Positions 30,777 through 40,218 are shown, counted from the stretch's first letter. The stretch: 64,000 nucleotides of DNA from an uncultured Gemmatimonadales bacterium (GCA_963793305.1 CAWBZV010000002.1:448001-512000); one strand, 5' to 3'. Numbers and translations are program-made. The notes: generated from the letters alone by a model not told the origin.

Positions 30777-31715
30777 TCAAATCAACTCTCGCCCAGAGTA
30801 GATAGGTGCACCTAGCCACTGCGTTAGGGCGCTGGCCAGCCTACGGCGAATGCCATGCGCTTGGTTGATGAGACGGCCACCAAAAGCATCGCGGAAAATT
30901 GGGGTGCAGAACATCACCGAAAATCGCGGAATCCGCTTCTCGTTGAAGTTTCTCCAGTGCGGGAATCGACAATACACGACCATCTCAATAATCCGCTGAT
31001 ATTTTGCGCCTTGGCCGTCGCGGACCCGTTGGGCGAGCTGCTCAGTCACGTGCTTGAAATGGTCACTCAGATACATCGCACCGGCGATATCAGCGTCCAG
31101 CAACGCAACAATCAGGTCACGTACGTTTAGGCACTGGGAGATGTCAACTGCGATGATCCCGGGTCGTCCGTAGTCCCAGAGTTGGTCTGCTGCAGTGGAG
31201 ATCAGCCCGCTCGCTCCCGCAGTAGTTTGCGGGCGCTTTACTTCGACTCCACAGTGTAGGCCGTCGACGTTAATTGCGAAATCAGGATGACCTCGATTGA
31301 CCTTTTTTGGAGGCACGGTTGTGTTCATCTCAGCGCGCGCTAGAACGCTTCCGAACCAAAGTTGCGCTTGATAGTCGTAAGGTGTCTGACCGTCTTGCTC
31401 TTCGAGGCTGCCTTTGAGAGAACGCACGAGGTCCTCGGCGATTCGTTCGACCCGCTCGTCACCCAAGCAATAAGACACCTGGACAAAATCGCCAGCGACC
31501 ATGATCGCGTTGCTGATCAGCATTAGGCGGCGGGGGTCCGTTCCGAACGTACCCTCCTCAGCAACGCGTGTAAGTAACCTGCTCGCCATTCGCAAGCGGC
31601 CTAGTGGGCGGACTGGCAGCTCCCACTGTCGCAGCTTCGCGATAGCAGCATCGAGGCTATCCGCGAGGCCCCTACAGGCTTCTGGCGGGAAGTCATCATC
31701 GCTGAACGGCGGCAT
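30777..31715 (-). CDS. Hypothetical protein with PD-(D/E)XK nuclease motif
   Basis: HPDFAINVDGLHCGVEVKR; start placed at ATG 31715. Confidence 0.7.
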   Translation of the reverse strand: MPPFSDDDFPPEACRGLADSLDAAIAKLRQWELPVRPLGRLRMASRLLTRVAEEGTFGTDPRRLMLISNAIMVAGDFVQVSYCLGDERVERIAEDLVRSLKGSLEEQDGQTPYDYQAQLWFGSVLARAEMNTTVPPKKVNRGHPDFAINVDGLHCGVEVKRPQTTAGASGLISTAADQLWDYGRPGIIAVDISQCLNVRDLIVALLDADIAGAMYLSDHFKHVTEQLAQRVRDGQGAKYQRIIEMVVYCRFPHWRNFNEKRIPRFSVMFCTPIFRDAFGGRLINQAHGIRRRLASALTQWLGAPIYSGRELI

Positions 31716-31726
31716 CCGAGTATCAG

Positions 31727-32548
31727 TCACGGAACCTGTCGAAACTCTGGTCGCCGATGGTTGACCAGCGGTCGGTGCGTGGCGGCGCAATCGTTGTAGA
31801 TCGACTGGCTTACAATCGCGCGCAGTCCAACTTGCCCGTGGAGCTTGATCACACGATCAAGAATCGTCCCTGGTGCAGTCGACCCTGACCTGACATACAC
31901 GTGCCGAAGCAAAACCGTCAAGTCAACGGGAACTCGAACTCCGCCCTCGACAGGTGTAAATAGGTAAGGCAGCGTCAGTGCTGCGTCGGAACGATATCTG
32001 TCGATCATGATTGCCCGGGCTTCCTTTTCCACCTCATACCGGCGGTCTTTCGTGAGCGCCAACCTATAGAGATTGTCCTGCGCGACCGCCTCGGTGCGGA
32101 AATCGCAATACTGCACGCGGGCCAGTAGAACCTGGCTGGACTGTGTTGTGATCGAGCGGACCAGTGCGCCCGCCGTGGTAAGAATCGCTACTCCTTCGAC
32201 TCCACTGGCGCCCGGACAGTACCAGGTCCAGGCCTCATCGGATTCTGTGGTGTCTAAGCGCCAGCAGTTCGCATATGTCGTCGACCGGAAAACCTTCGAG
32301 AGGCGGTCGCCCCAGGAGCCAGGTCTCGGACGCAAGTCCTCCTCGCGAACTCCTACACTGCGGAAGTAGGCATTTCGGTCGTCGACATTTCGTTGGGGAA
32401 AGGTGCCCTCGAGTTGATCTTCGAAATTGTCGATCCTTGAGAAGAAGAGATACCGGCCTAGGACCATCTGCTCATATCTTGAGTAAGGCAGATATCTCCA
32501 AATAGTTTCATCGTCGCGCGCCTGCTCGTAGAACAAAGATTGAGACAT
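31727..32548 (-). CDS. DUF2971-like protein
   Basis: IWRY...FSRIDNFEDQLEG...ANCW...ES..W.WY...GVAI...K...Y..EKEAR. Confidence 0.75.
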   Translation of the reverse strand: MSQSLFYEQARDDETIWRYLPYSRYEQMVLGRYLFFSRIDNFEDQLEGTFPQRNVDDRNAYFRSVGVREEDLRPRPGSWGDRLSKVFRSTTYANCWRLDTTESDEAWTWYCPGASGVEGVAILTTAGALVRSITTQSSQVLLARVQYCDFRTEAVAQDNLYRLALTKDRRYEVEKEARAIMIDRYRSDAALTLPYLFTPVEGGVRVPVDLTVLLRHVYVRSGSTAPGTILDRVIKLHGQVGLRAIVSQSIYNDCAATHRPLVNHRRPEFRQVP

Positions 32549-32699
32549 GCCAATCGCTCGATTTTCGGTGCGTAGAGAACGGAGTCCTCAAGAGGCTGTG
32601 ACGCCCACGCGGGTATGTGCGCTGCCACGCATTCGCAATAAATTACCCTGAGGTGGGTGGATCAGATCGGTCAACAAACCGGTGATATCGGAAGGGGTT

Positions 32700-32888
32700 A
32701 TGACAGTGAAAGAACGAGTGCTGGATGTTGTTCGCGACCTGCCAGATGATGCCACGATAGAGGACGCGATTTACAGATTGCATCTGCTTGCTAAGATCGA
32801 CCAGGGTCTGGCCCAAGGTGCCGCTGGAGATACGCTGAGCCAAGAAGAAGTCCGCCGCCGCCTGGCGCCCTACCTGGCGCCTCGCTGA
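32700..32888 (+). CDS. Antitoxin of a RelE/ParE-type TA pair
   Basis: KERVL..VRDLPDDATIED..Y.L..L.KIDQGL; RBS GAAGGGG. Confidence 0.8.
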   Translation: MTVKERVLDVVRDLPDDATIEDAIYRLHLLAKIDQGLAQGAAGDTLSQEEVRRRLAPYLAPR

Positions 32889-33223
32889 CTAACCCTGAAA
32901 GTCCGACCCCTGTCGGCGTTCGTTGGGCACTTCAGGCGGTCGATGACCTCGCGGCGATCTGCCAGTACATTGGGCGAGATTCGCCGTCAGCTGCTGCTGC
33001 GTTCGCAGAGCGCGTACTCCACGCTGTCAGTGGAGCTGCTCTCTTTCCGCTAGCCGGTCGTACGGTCCCTGAAGTAAGACGGTCGGACGTTCGTGAAGTG
33101 TTCGTACACAGCTACCGGGTGATTTATCAGGTTTCGGAGAATGCAGTCCTTATACTGACGGTATATCACGGCGCTCGTGCGTCCCTCCGCGAAACACTGG
33201 ACCCGCGACTCCCGTCACGTTGA
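32885..33223 (+). CDS. RelE/ParE family toxin (absent from the ORF track; possible CTG start)
   Basis: Manual translation VRWALQAVDDLAAICQYIGRDSP...FPLAGRTVPE...YRVIY...ILTVYHGAR. Confidence 0.85.
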   Translation: MTNPESPTPVGVRWALQAVDDLAAICQYIGRDSPSAAAAFAERVLHAVSGAALFPLAGRTVPEVRRSDVREVFVHSYRVIYQVSENAVLILTVYHGARASLRETLDPRLPSR

Positions 33224-33321
33224 GACAGGTCAATGTGACCGGACTTGTGCTCGCTCGCCGCCGTTCGCACCCGGCTTCGAAATGAACAGTTAACCCAGGA
33301 GCGGGCGTCAGGGCGCCGGCT

Positions 33322-33588
33322 TCAGGATGGTCGCTCATACGCCGTTGAAAGAGCGCCCTGTGCGTCCAATAGTCGTTCCAGCTGCAGGGCCACGTTCACA
33401 TAGTCCGTAGTGTCAGCCTCGGAAAGCGCGAAGTCCGGCAAATGCACGGCCTTGTTTCGCAGGTCGCGTAGCTCCACGAGGAGTCGGCACTGATCGGAGG
33501 TCAAGATCTCCGCATCACGGAGTGCCTTTTCGATATTGCGCGGTGTCCGCATTATGACGGAGCCCATAACAAGGCCTCTCCGAGTCAT
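33322..33588 (-). pseudogene. HEPN/DUF4145-like fragment, probably 5'-truncated
   Basis: ELRDLRNKAVH motif; short; abuts the integrase tail. Confidence 0.6.
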
Positions 33589-33625
33589 TGCCCTGGCTGC
33601 TGTTCGTTCAACACCCAGCCAAGCG

Positions 33626-33700
33626 CCCGACGAGGCCACGCAGCGCGCCGCGTTGGAGCAGCGCCAATCACTGCACGCCAGCGGTCTCACACGGCGCTAG
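33626..33700 (+). pseudogene. Last 24 codons of a tyrosine integrase
   Basis: PDEATQRAALEQRQSLHASGLTRR* aligns with PDEATQRAAWGQRQTPRTSELAPR* (22656-22730). Confidence 0.75.
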
Positions 33701-33797
33701 TGAATTTGACACCAGATGTGACCCTGACGCCCCGAGCAGCAGAAAAAGAAAACCTCGCGCAGCGTTGCAACGCTAAGCGAAGTTGAGAGATCGAGAG
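33701..33797. repeat. Cassette end A adjoining the tRNA 3' end (arm plus terminator hairpin)
   Basis: AATTTGACACCAGATGTGACCC, AAACCTCG...CGTTGCAACG...CGAAGTT. Confidence 0.85.
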
Positions 33798-33799
33798 TA

Positions 33800-33873
33800 T
33801 GGGCCGAGGAGGAGTTGAACCTCCGACCTCTCGCTTATCAGGCGAGCGCTCTAACCACCTGAGCTACCGGCCC
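33800..33873 (-). tRNA. tRNA-Ile(GAT), CCA not encoded
   Basis: GGGCCGGTAGCTCAGGTGGTTAGAGCGCTCGCCTGATAAGCGAGAGGTCGGAGGTTCAACTCCTCCTCGGCCCA folds as a full cloverleaf. Confidence 0.97.
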
Positions 33874-33913
33874 CAGTGACGCGCGGAGCAAAGTAAGGTA
33901 GCGGGAGCACCCG

Positions 33914-34375
33914 TTACACGCCACCGGCGAGGATGCGCTGGATCTGCGCGATGTGGTTGGCGTCGTGTCCAACCATGTGCGTCGCGAGAGAGCGCACGGT
34001 GAGGCGCCCGCGCTCGGCGTGCGTGCCGGAACGTTCCCACTCGGCGGGCGAAAGACGCGAGAGAACAGTGACGTTGGCTTGGCGCAAGAGACGGTACATG
34101 TCGAGCGCATCGCGCGCGGTCCATGATGCGTAGTCGCCGAGCCGCGCCCACAGTTCCTGGTCGAAGCCCGGCAACGCCACGCCGTCATTCTCGATCATCT
34201 GACGATAGCGCCAGCTGCTCGTGAGCTCGTCCTCGGCGAGATGCGCGATGATCTCGACGACTGACCACTTGCCGGGCGCCGGGCGGCGGCGAAGCGCTTC
34301 GTCGGATACGCCCGAGATGAGTTGCGCCAGCGTCGCAGGCGCGCTGCGTTGGGCCGCGAGTGTGTCGGTGGTCAT
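33914..34375 (-). CDS. DinB family protein
   Basis: RRPAPGKWS..EIIAHL...HDANH..QI. Confidence 0.88.
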   Translation of the reverse strand: MTTDTLAAQRSAPATLAQLISGVSDEALRRRPAPGKWSVVEIIAHLAEDELTSSWRYRQMIENDGVALPGFDQELWARLGDYASWTARDALDMYRLLRQANVTVLSRLSPAEWERSGTHAERGRLTVRSLATHMVGHDANHIAQIQRILAGGV

Positions 34376-34917
34376 GGCTTCGGACCAAGTGATGTGATGT
34401 CGATCCCGTCCTGGGCAAGCACGGACGTGATGTAGCGCCACATCGCCTCGATGTCCGCGAGCACCGACGCGGTCGTGCGATCGCGCGGCGCCGCGCGATG
34501 GAGTGCGGTGGATGCGGCACTGAGGAGCAACTGATCGGCTTCCTTGCGCTGGGCCGCCGAGACGCCGATCGCGATCAACCGCCCCTGGTAGCCGTGAATG
34601 AGCTCGTACGCCTCAGGCGGAATGCGCCGCTCGAGCGCCGCGCTCGCGCTCGCGTCGAATGGCGGAAACTCCGCGGGCGGGCGAATCGCGACGTCCTCGC
34701 CGGAGCCGACGAGGTATTCCATCGTCACGTGCAACACGTCGGCGAGCCGCGCGATAACCGCAGGGTCCTTGGGTCGAACACCACTGTTCTCCCAACGACT
34801 GACCGTGTTCCGCTCCACCCCGACTGCCTTGGCGAGGTCGCCCTGCGTCATCCGGGCCCCAGCTGGGGTCCGGATGCGCTGTCGAGCCTCCCGGAGCCGG
34901 TCGGCAAAGAGCGTCAT
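34372..34917 (-). CDS. XRE family HTH repressor
   Basis: RLREAR...MTQGDLAKAVGVERNTVSRWENS. Confidence 0.88.
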   Translation of the reverse strand: MTLFADRLREARQRIRTPAGARMTQGDLAKAVGVERNTVSRWENSGVRPKDPAVIARLADVLHVTMEYLVGSGEDVAIRPPAEFPPFDASASAALERRIPPEAYELIHGYQGRLIAIGVSAAQRKEADQLLLSAASTALHRAAPRDRTTASVLADIEAMWRYITSVLAQDGIDITSLGPKP

Positions 34918-34933
34918 GTGCGTAGCGAAGTCA

Positions 34934-34976
34934 GTATCAGGTGACCCTTGACATGATACCTGAGGATATCATCTTA
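34934..34976 (+). promoter_or_regulatory. Divergent promoter/operator region
   Basis: TTGACA at 34948-34953 flanked by inverted GTATCA/TGATAC and TCAGGT/ACCTGA. Confidence 0.5.
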
Positions 34977-35027
34977 TGCCATGACAAGACACACATACGT
35001 TCACTTTTCCACGGTGGACTGGCCAAA

Positions 35028-35243
35028 ATGGCTATGACCCCCAAGGAACGCAAGGCGGCCTTCCGCGCGGCGGCCACCATGCACGAGGTCACCATGGCCA
35101 ACGCGGCCCGTCGTCTCGGCGTCAGCTATAACCATCTGATGCTCGTCCTGAACGGCGACCGCAAAGGCAGTTCCGCGCTGAAATCCCGTATCGCCGACTT
35201 TCTCGGCTGTGCAGCACCAGAGGTATTCGAACAGGAGCGCTGA
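35028..35243 (+). CDS. Small Cro-like HTH protein
   Basis: TMANAARRLGVSYNHLMLVLNGDR; divergent from the XRE gene. Confidence 0.75.
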   Translation: MAMTPKERKAAFRAAATMHEVTMANAARRLGVSYNHLMLVLNGDRKGSSALKSRIADFLGCAAPEVFEQER

Positions 35244-35261
35244 CGCTTAAGTTTGTGACCG

Positions 35262-36390
35262 ATGCCGACGACGCAGCCGAACGCCGCGCGCCGATATGCG
35301 CGCATCACGGCGGATACGCGTCGCCTGGCCGCGGTCCGCGCTACTGGACTGCCTGAAGGACGAGGGCCCCGAGATCGGTTCGAGCGACTCGCCGCTGTCG
35401 CCGCGCGGCTGCTCGATGCCCCAGTCGCCATCGTCTCCCTCGTCGACGCCCAACGCGACGTTCTGGGTCGGACTGACCGGCGTCCCACCCGCCGTCGCCG
35501 CCGCCGGCGGTACCACGATGCGCCCCTCCTTCTGCCAAGCCATCATCGCCTCCACCGGCGATGCGCTCGCCATCCCCGATGCGCGCGTCGACCCCGTCTT
35601 CTCGACGTTCCCGTCCGTCACCGCCCTCGGCGTCGTCGCCTGCCTCGGCGTCCCGCTCATCACCCGAGCCGGACTCCCCCTCGGCAGCTGCTGCGTCTAT
35701 GACATGAGACCCCGCGACTGGACCCGAGAGGACATCGAGACCCTGAGCGCCCTCGGCGCCGGCGCCGTCGCCGAGATGGAACGCCTGGCCGCCGTCACCG
35801 CCGGCGACGAGACCAGCGACGCCGTCGTGCGCTACCTCGGCGCCGCCATCGATACCATTGATACGCTCGCCCGCGTGATGCCATCCCAATGCGACACGAG
35901 TCGCATCACACGCGTGTCCCAAACCGCCGCCACGGTCGCACGCCAGTTCGGGACTCTCGCACGGGCGCTCCCCGCCACAGGCACGATCGACCTCGCCGTC
36001 ACCGCCCACGATATCTGGCGACTCCTCCAGATCGTCGCCGGCGAAGAAGCCTCCGTCACCCTCGATTTCACGGACGGACTTCCAGCCGTCGCCATCGATC
36101 ACACCCGCATGGTGCGGCTACTCGTGACGCTCGTCGCCGGCGCGCGCGACGCGCTCAATGGCCGCGGGTGGATACAGATCGCCGCCGAGCCCGGCGATAC
36201 GAATACGGTTCGCATGACCGTCCGCGCCGTCAACGCCAGCGCGCCCCTCGGCATTCCGCTCTCGGGCGGCGCCATCATCGCCGCCGACCAACTGCTCCGC
36301 GTGTGTGGCGCTACCGTCACCACACACGAGGAGAGCGTCGCTGTCGCCCTACTCCGCGCGGCGGATGGCCGCGCCGATCGTCTCGAATAG
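35262..36390 (+). CDS. GAF domain protein with degenerate histidine-kinase-like C-terminus, +1 frameshift at ~35461
   Basis: RLAAVRATGL...FERL...APVAIVSLVD then SFCQ...PDARVDP...GVPL...PRDW in the next frame. Confidence 0.75.
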
Positions 36391-37665
36391 CCGGTCGATC
36401 TGCTCCGGCTCGACGATGAGCGGCGGCGACACCGCGATCGTGTCGCCCGTCGTCCTGATCATCACGCCCTGCTCGAAGCAATCGAGGAAGACGTCGAACG
36501 CACGCGTCGTCGCGCCCGGCACACCGCGCGGCTCGAGCTCGATCGCCGCCACGAGACCAATGTTGCGAATGTCGATCACGTGCGGCAGCCCGCGCAGCGC
36601 ATGCGCCGCATCCCCAAACCGGTCGGCGAGCGATGCCGCACGGTCAAACAGCCCCTCGCTCTCGTAGACATCGAGCGCCGCCAATCCCGCCGCGGCCGCG
36701 AGCGGATGCCCCGAGTAGGTATAACCATGAAATAACTCGATGCCGCCATTGCTTGCGTCGATCAGCGCCTCGTAAATGCCCGAGCGAACAAAGGTGCCAC
36801 CCATAGGGACGCTGCCGTTCGTCATCCCCTTCGCCACCGTCATGATGTCCGGCACGACATTGAAATACTCGGCCGCGAACGGCGCACCCAACCGACCGAA
36901 CCCCGTGATCACCTCGTCAAAGATCAACAGAATCCCGTGCTCGGCCGTGATCGCGCGCAGACGCTCGAGATACCCAACCGGAGGAATGAGCACACCCGTG
37001 GAGCCCGCGACCGGCTCGACAATGACGGCAGCGATCGTCGACGCGCCGCGCTCCCGAATGACCCGCTCGAGGTCGTCGGCCAGATGCGCGCCGTGCTTCG
37101 GTTGACCGCGCGAGAATGCGTTCGTCGGATGGAGGTGGGTATCGACGATGTGATCGATCCCTGGCAGGCCCGAACCAAATTGCTTGCGATTGTTCTCGAT
37201 GCCGCCGACCGCCAGGCCGCCGAATCCCACGCCATGATAGGCGCGGTTCCGCCCGACGAAACGCGTACGCCCAGTCTCCCCACGCGCGTGATGGTAAGCG
37301 AGCGCGATCTTGAGCGCCGTGTCGACCGCCTCGGATCCCGAGTTCGAGAAGAACATGTGGTCGAGATCGCCGGGGGCAATCGCCGTCAGGCGAGCAGCCA
37401 GTTCGAACGCGAGCGGGTGACCGACTTGAAAACCGGGTGCGTAGTCGAGCTCGGCCGCCTCTTCCTGTATGGCGGCGACGATCGGCTCGCGGCAATGCCC
37501 CGCGTTCACGCACCACAGCCCGGCCGCACCATTGAGAATGCGGCGCCCGTCGGCCGCCGTGTAGTACATCCCCTTAGCCGAGACCAAGAGACGCGGCGCT
37601 CGCTTGAACGCCTTGTTCGCCGTGAACGGCATCCACAGCGCATCGAGTGTTACGGTTCCCGTCAT
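36349..37665 (-). CDS. Class III aminotransferase (omega-amino acid:pyruvate transaminase-like)
   Basis: LWMPFTAN, SGSEAVDTALK, AYHG, FDEVITGFGR, VAKG, HGYTYSGHP. Confidence 0.92.
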   Translation of the reverse strand: MTGTVTLDALWMPFTANKAFKRAPRLLVSAKGMYYTAADGRRILNGAAGLWCVNAGHCREPIVAAIQEEAAELDYAPGFQVGHPLAFELAARLTAIAPGDLDHMFFSNSGSEAVDTALKIALAYHHARGETGRTRFVGRNRAYHGVGFGGLAVGGIENNRKQFGSGLPGIDHIVDTHLHPTNAFSRGQPKHGAHLADDLERVIRERGASTIAAVIVEPVAGSTGVLIPPVGYLERLRAITAEHGILLIFDEVITGFGRLGAPFAAEYFNVVPDIMTVAKGMTNGSVPMGGTFVRSGIYEALIDASNGGIELFHGYTYSGHPLAAAAGLAALDVYESEGLFDRAASLADRFGDAAHALRGLPHVIDIRNIGLVAAIELEPRGVPGATTRAFDVFLDCFEQGVMIRTTGDTIAVSPPLIVEPEQIDRLFETIGAAIRRAE

Positions 37666-37717
37666 AATACCCGTATAATCGATGTTGCTCATATAACGGG
37701 GCAACTGTCTTATCCTT

Positions 37718-38770
37718 GTGCCGCCCACTGCTCAGGAAACACGTGCCTTGCCGTTGCTGGTCGTCGATGACGATGCGGCGGTCCGACGTTCCCTGGGGTC
37801 GGTTCTCGCCTCACTCGGCTACGCGGTAGAGACGGCCGAATCGGGCCAGGCCGCGCTGGCGCTGCTGGTCCGGGGCAAGTTCGCGGCGATGCTCTGCGAC
37901 GTGCGCATGCCCCAACTGAGCGGGCTCGAAGTGATCCCCAGCGCCCGCGACATCGACCCCGAGCTGGCGATCATCATGGTCAGTGCGGTCAACGAGGCCG
38001 AAACCGCCACCGAGGCGCTCAGGGCGGGGGCGGTCGACTACGTGACGAAGCCGATCGAGATCGATTCCATTAAGGGATCGATCGAGCGCGCGCTGAACGA
38101 ACGCGCCGCCGCTCGGCGCCGGTCCCAACGCGCGCTGCGCGAGGCCGTCGCGGCCCGAACCTCGGCGCTCGAACGCGAAAAGGCGGCCCTGCGGGGGCTG
38201 ACGATCAGTACGGCCGAGGCCCTCCTCAAAGCGATGGAAGCCAAAGACCCGTATCTCAAAGGCCACTCCACCCGCGTGTCCGAGCTCGCCGGTCAGGTCG
38301 CTCAGACACTCGGCCTCGACGCCGAGATGATCGAGAATGTCCACCTCGCCGGGCGGCTGGCGGACATCGGCAAGATCGGCACGCGGGAAGATGTCCTCCA
38401 CAAGAATGGCCCGCTGACGCCCGAAGAGTTCGACCACGTGCAAGACCACGTGCGCATCGGCCTCGAGATCCTCGCGCCGCTCAATCACCTCGGCGTCGTG
38501 CTCGACTACGTGCACGATCACCACGAGCACTACGACGGGACCGGGTATCCCCGAGCCCTCGAAGGCTCCGCGATCTCGATCGGCGGTCGAATCCTCGCGG
38601 CAGCCGATGCCTTTGTCGCGCTCACGTCACGACGCGCCTACCGCGAGCCGATGTCGGAGACCGACGCGATCGAACACTTGAGAGAAAGCGCCGGCTCGCT
38701 GCTCGACTGGACCGTGTACGCGGCGCTCCGCACCGTCATCGCCGAGAGGTTGGGAATAGCACTGGATTAG
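37718..38770 (+). CDS. Response regulator with HD-GYP domain
   Basis: LVVDD, CDVRMP, KP; KDPY..GHS.RV, HHEHYDGTGYP. Confidence 0.9.
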   Translation: MPPTAQETRALPLLVVDDDAAVRRSLGSVLASLGYAVETAESGQAALALLVRGKFAAMLCDVRMPQLSGLEVIPSARDIDPELAIIMVSAVNEAETATEALRAGAVDYVTKPIEIDSIKGSIERALNERAAARRRSQRALREAVAARTSALEREKAALRGLTISTAEALLKAMEAKDPYLKGHSTRVSELAGQVAQTLGLDAEMIENVHLAGRLADIGKIGTREDVLHKNGPLTPEEFDHVQDHVRIGLEILAPLNHLGVVLDYVHDHHEHYDGTGYPRALEGSAISIGGRILAAADAFVALTSRRAYREPMSETDAIEHLRESAGSLLDWTVYAALRTVIAERLGIALD

Positions 38771-38799
38771 TGGCGCGGCGCTTGCTTCTTTATGTAATA

Positions 38800-40218
38800 G
38801 TGGAACTGCGAGAGCGCCTGCAAGCGGCGATCGGTACAGAATACGAAGTCGGCTCCGAGCTCGGTGGCGGCGTGCAGAGCCGCGTCTATGCCGCTCGGGA
38901 CACCGAGCTGGACCGTCCAGTCGTCATCAAAGTTCTTCCGCCCGAGCTCGCCGCAGGCGAGGGCATAGAGCGTTTCCGCCGCGAAATTCGACTCGTCGCG
39001 GGGCTGCAGCACCCACATATCGTCCCGTTGCTGGTCGCCGGCGAAGCCGATGGGCTGCTCTACTACACGATGCCGCTCGTCACTGGCGAGTCGCTTCGCG
39101 CCGTGCTCGACCGCGAAGGCCCGCGAGATATCGAGTTCGTCGCGACAGTCATGGCCGAGGTGGCGAGCGCACTGGTCTACGCGCATGGACGGAACATTGT
39201 CCACCGCGACGTCAAACCCGGCAACATCTTCGTTGAGGCCGAGTCCGGCCGGATCTTGCTCGCCGACTTCGGCGTCGCGCGACGCATCGGATTCGAGGGA
39301 ACGGTCACCGCGAGCGGCGTCGCGATCGGCACGCCAGCCTATATGTCGCCAGAGTCCCTCGACGGCGGACCCGTTGATGGCCGCAGCGACATTTTCAGCC
39401 TGGGCCTCGTCGCCTGGGAACTGCTCGTCGGCGAGCGGCCGTGGCAGAGCGAGACCCTGTACTCGCTGATCTACAGCCAGAAATGCGAGCCGACGCCATC
39501 GCTCGTCGATCGTCGGCCCGATGTCCCGAAGCGTCTCCGGATCGCGATCGAGCGCTGCTTGAAGAAAGACGCCGACGAACGGTGGGAGAGCGCCGACGTG
39601 CTCCTCGCCTATCTCTGCGATACCGAGGCCGACGAGCCTCGCCTCGTCCGCCGTCGGACGTTGGCCGCGGGTCCAGCCACCCAGCGGCCGGAGCCCTCGT
39701 TCCGTCCGCGCGCACCACGGACACTCTCGGCAGGGCGCCTCGAGGTTCGGTGGAACGGCGATCTGCCGGTCGTGATCCCGCCGCGACTCAAAGCCCGAGG
39801 CCGACGCCTGTGGCCGCCTGCCATCGTACTGGCCGCCGCTCTCGTGCTGGCCGTTGGACTGCGTTTTACCCAACACGTCAGCGCTTCGCCAGCCGTCGTC
39901 GCCGAGGCCAATGGAGACGTCCCGTCCCTCCCAGCTGTCGATGTAACGGCAAGCGCCCCGGTCGTGCCCGTGGTGGAAAGACGCACGACCTCGCAGTTGG
40001 ACCGCGTGTTCGCGTCGGTCGTCGTTGCGATGAGAAGGAGAGGCGGCGAGTCCGCCGTGCGCGAGCTCCAGCGCGCCGAAACCATGTGGGAGGCCGGCCG
40101 CCGTCGCGACTGCGCACGCCAGGTGAGCGACGATGCCCGAGCGCGCTGCTCGTCGCGGCTGGCGACGCTGCGCGCCGAAGAATTGTCGGAGCTGCTGGAG
40201 CGCACCCGGTCCCGTTAG
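38800..40218 (+). CDS. Ser/Thr protein kinase with TM helix
   Basis: VVIK, HRDVKPGN, DFG, YMSPE, SDIFSLG. Confidence 0.9.
   Translation: MELRERLQAAIGTEYEVGSELGGGVQSRVYAARDTELDRPVVIKVLPPELAAGEGIERFRREIRLVAGLQHPHIVPLLVAGEADGLLYYTMPLVTGESLRAVLDREGPRDIEFVATVMAEVASALVYAHGRNIVHRDVKPGNIFVEAESGRILLADFGVARRIGFEGTVTASGVAIGTPAYMSPESLDGGPVDGRSDIFSLGLVAWELLVGERPWQSETLYSLIYSQKCEPTPSLVDRRPDVPKRLRIAIERCLKKDADERWESADVLLAYLCDTEADEPRLVRRRTLAAGPATQRPEPSFRPRAPRTLSAGRLEVRWNGDLPVVIPPRLKARGRRLWPPAIVLAAALVLAVGLRFTQHVSASPAVVAEANGDVPSLPAVDVTASAPVVPVVERRTTSQLDRVFASVVVAMRRRGGESAVRELQRAETMWEAGRRRDCARQVSDDARARCSSRLATLRAEELSELLERTRSR

Larger units (their letters stand above)
26775..33844. mobile_element. Integrase-less tRNA-Ile cassette C (tRNA-proximal)
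   Basis: att copy plus end B on the left; integrase tail, end A and intact tRNA on the right. Confidence 0.82.

Noticed and set aside
16597..33844. CRISPR array or classical integron
   Set aside because: The repeats are kilobases apart and tRNA-derived; no cas genes, intI or attC-type structures were seen.
34372..35243. Prophage
   Set aside because: Only a repressor/Cro-like pair; no structural, replication or lysis genes.
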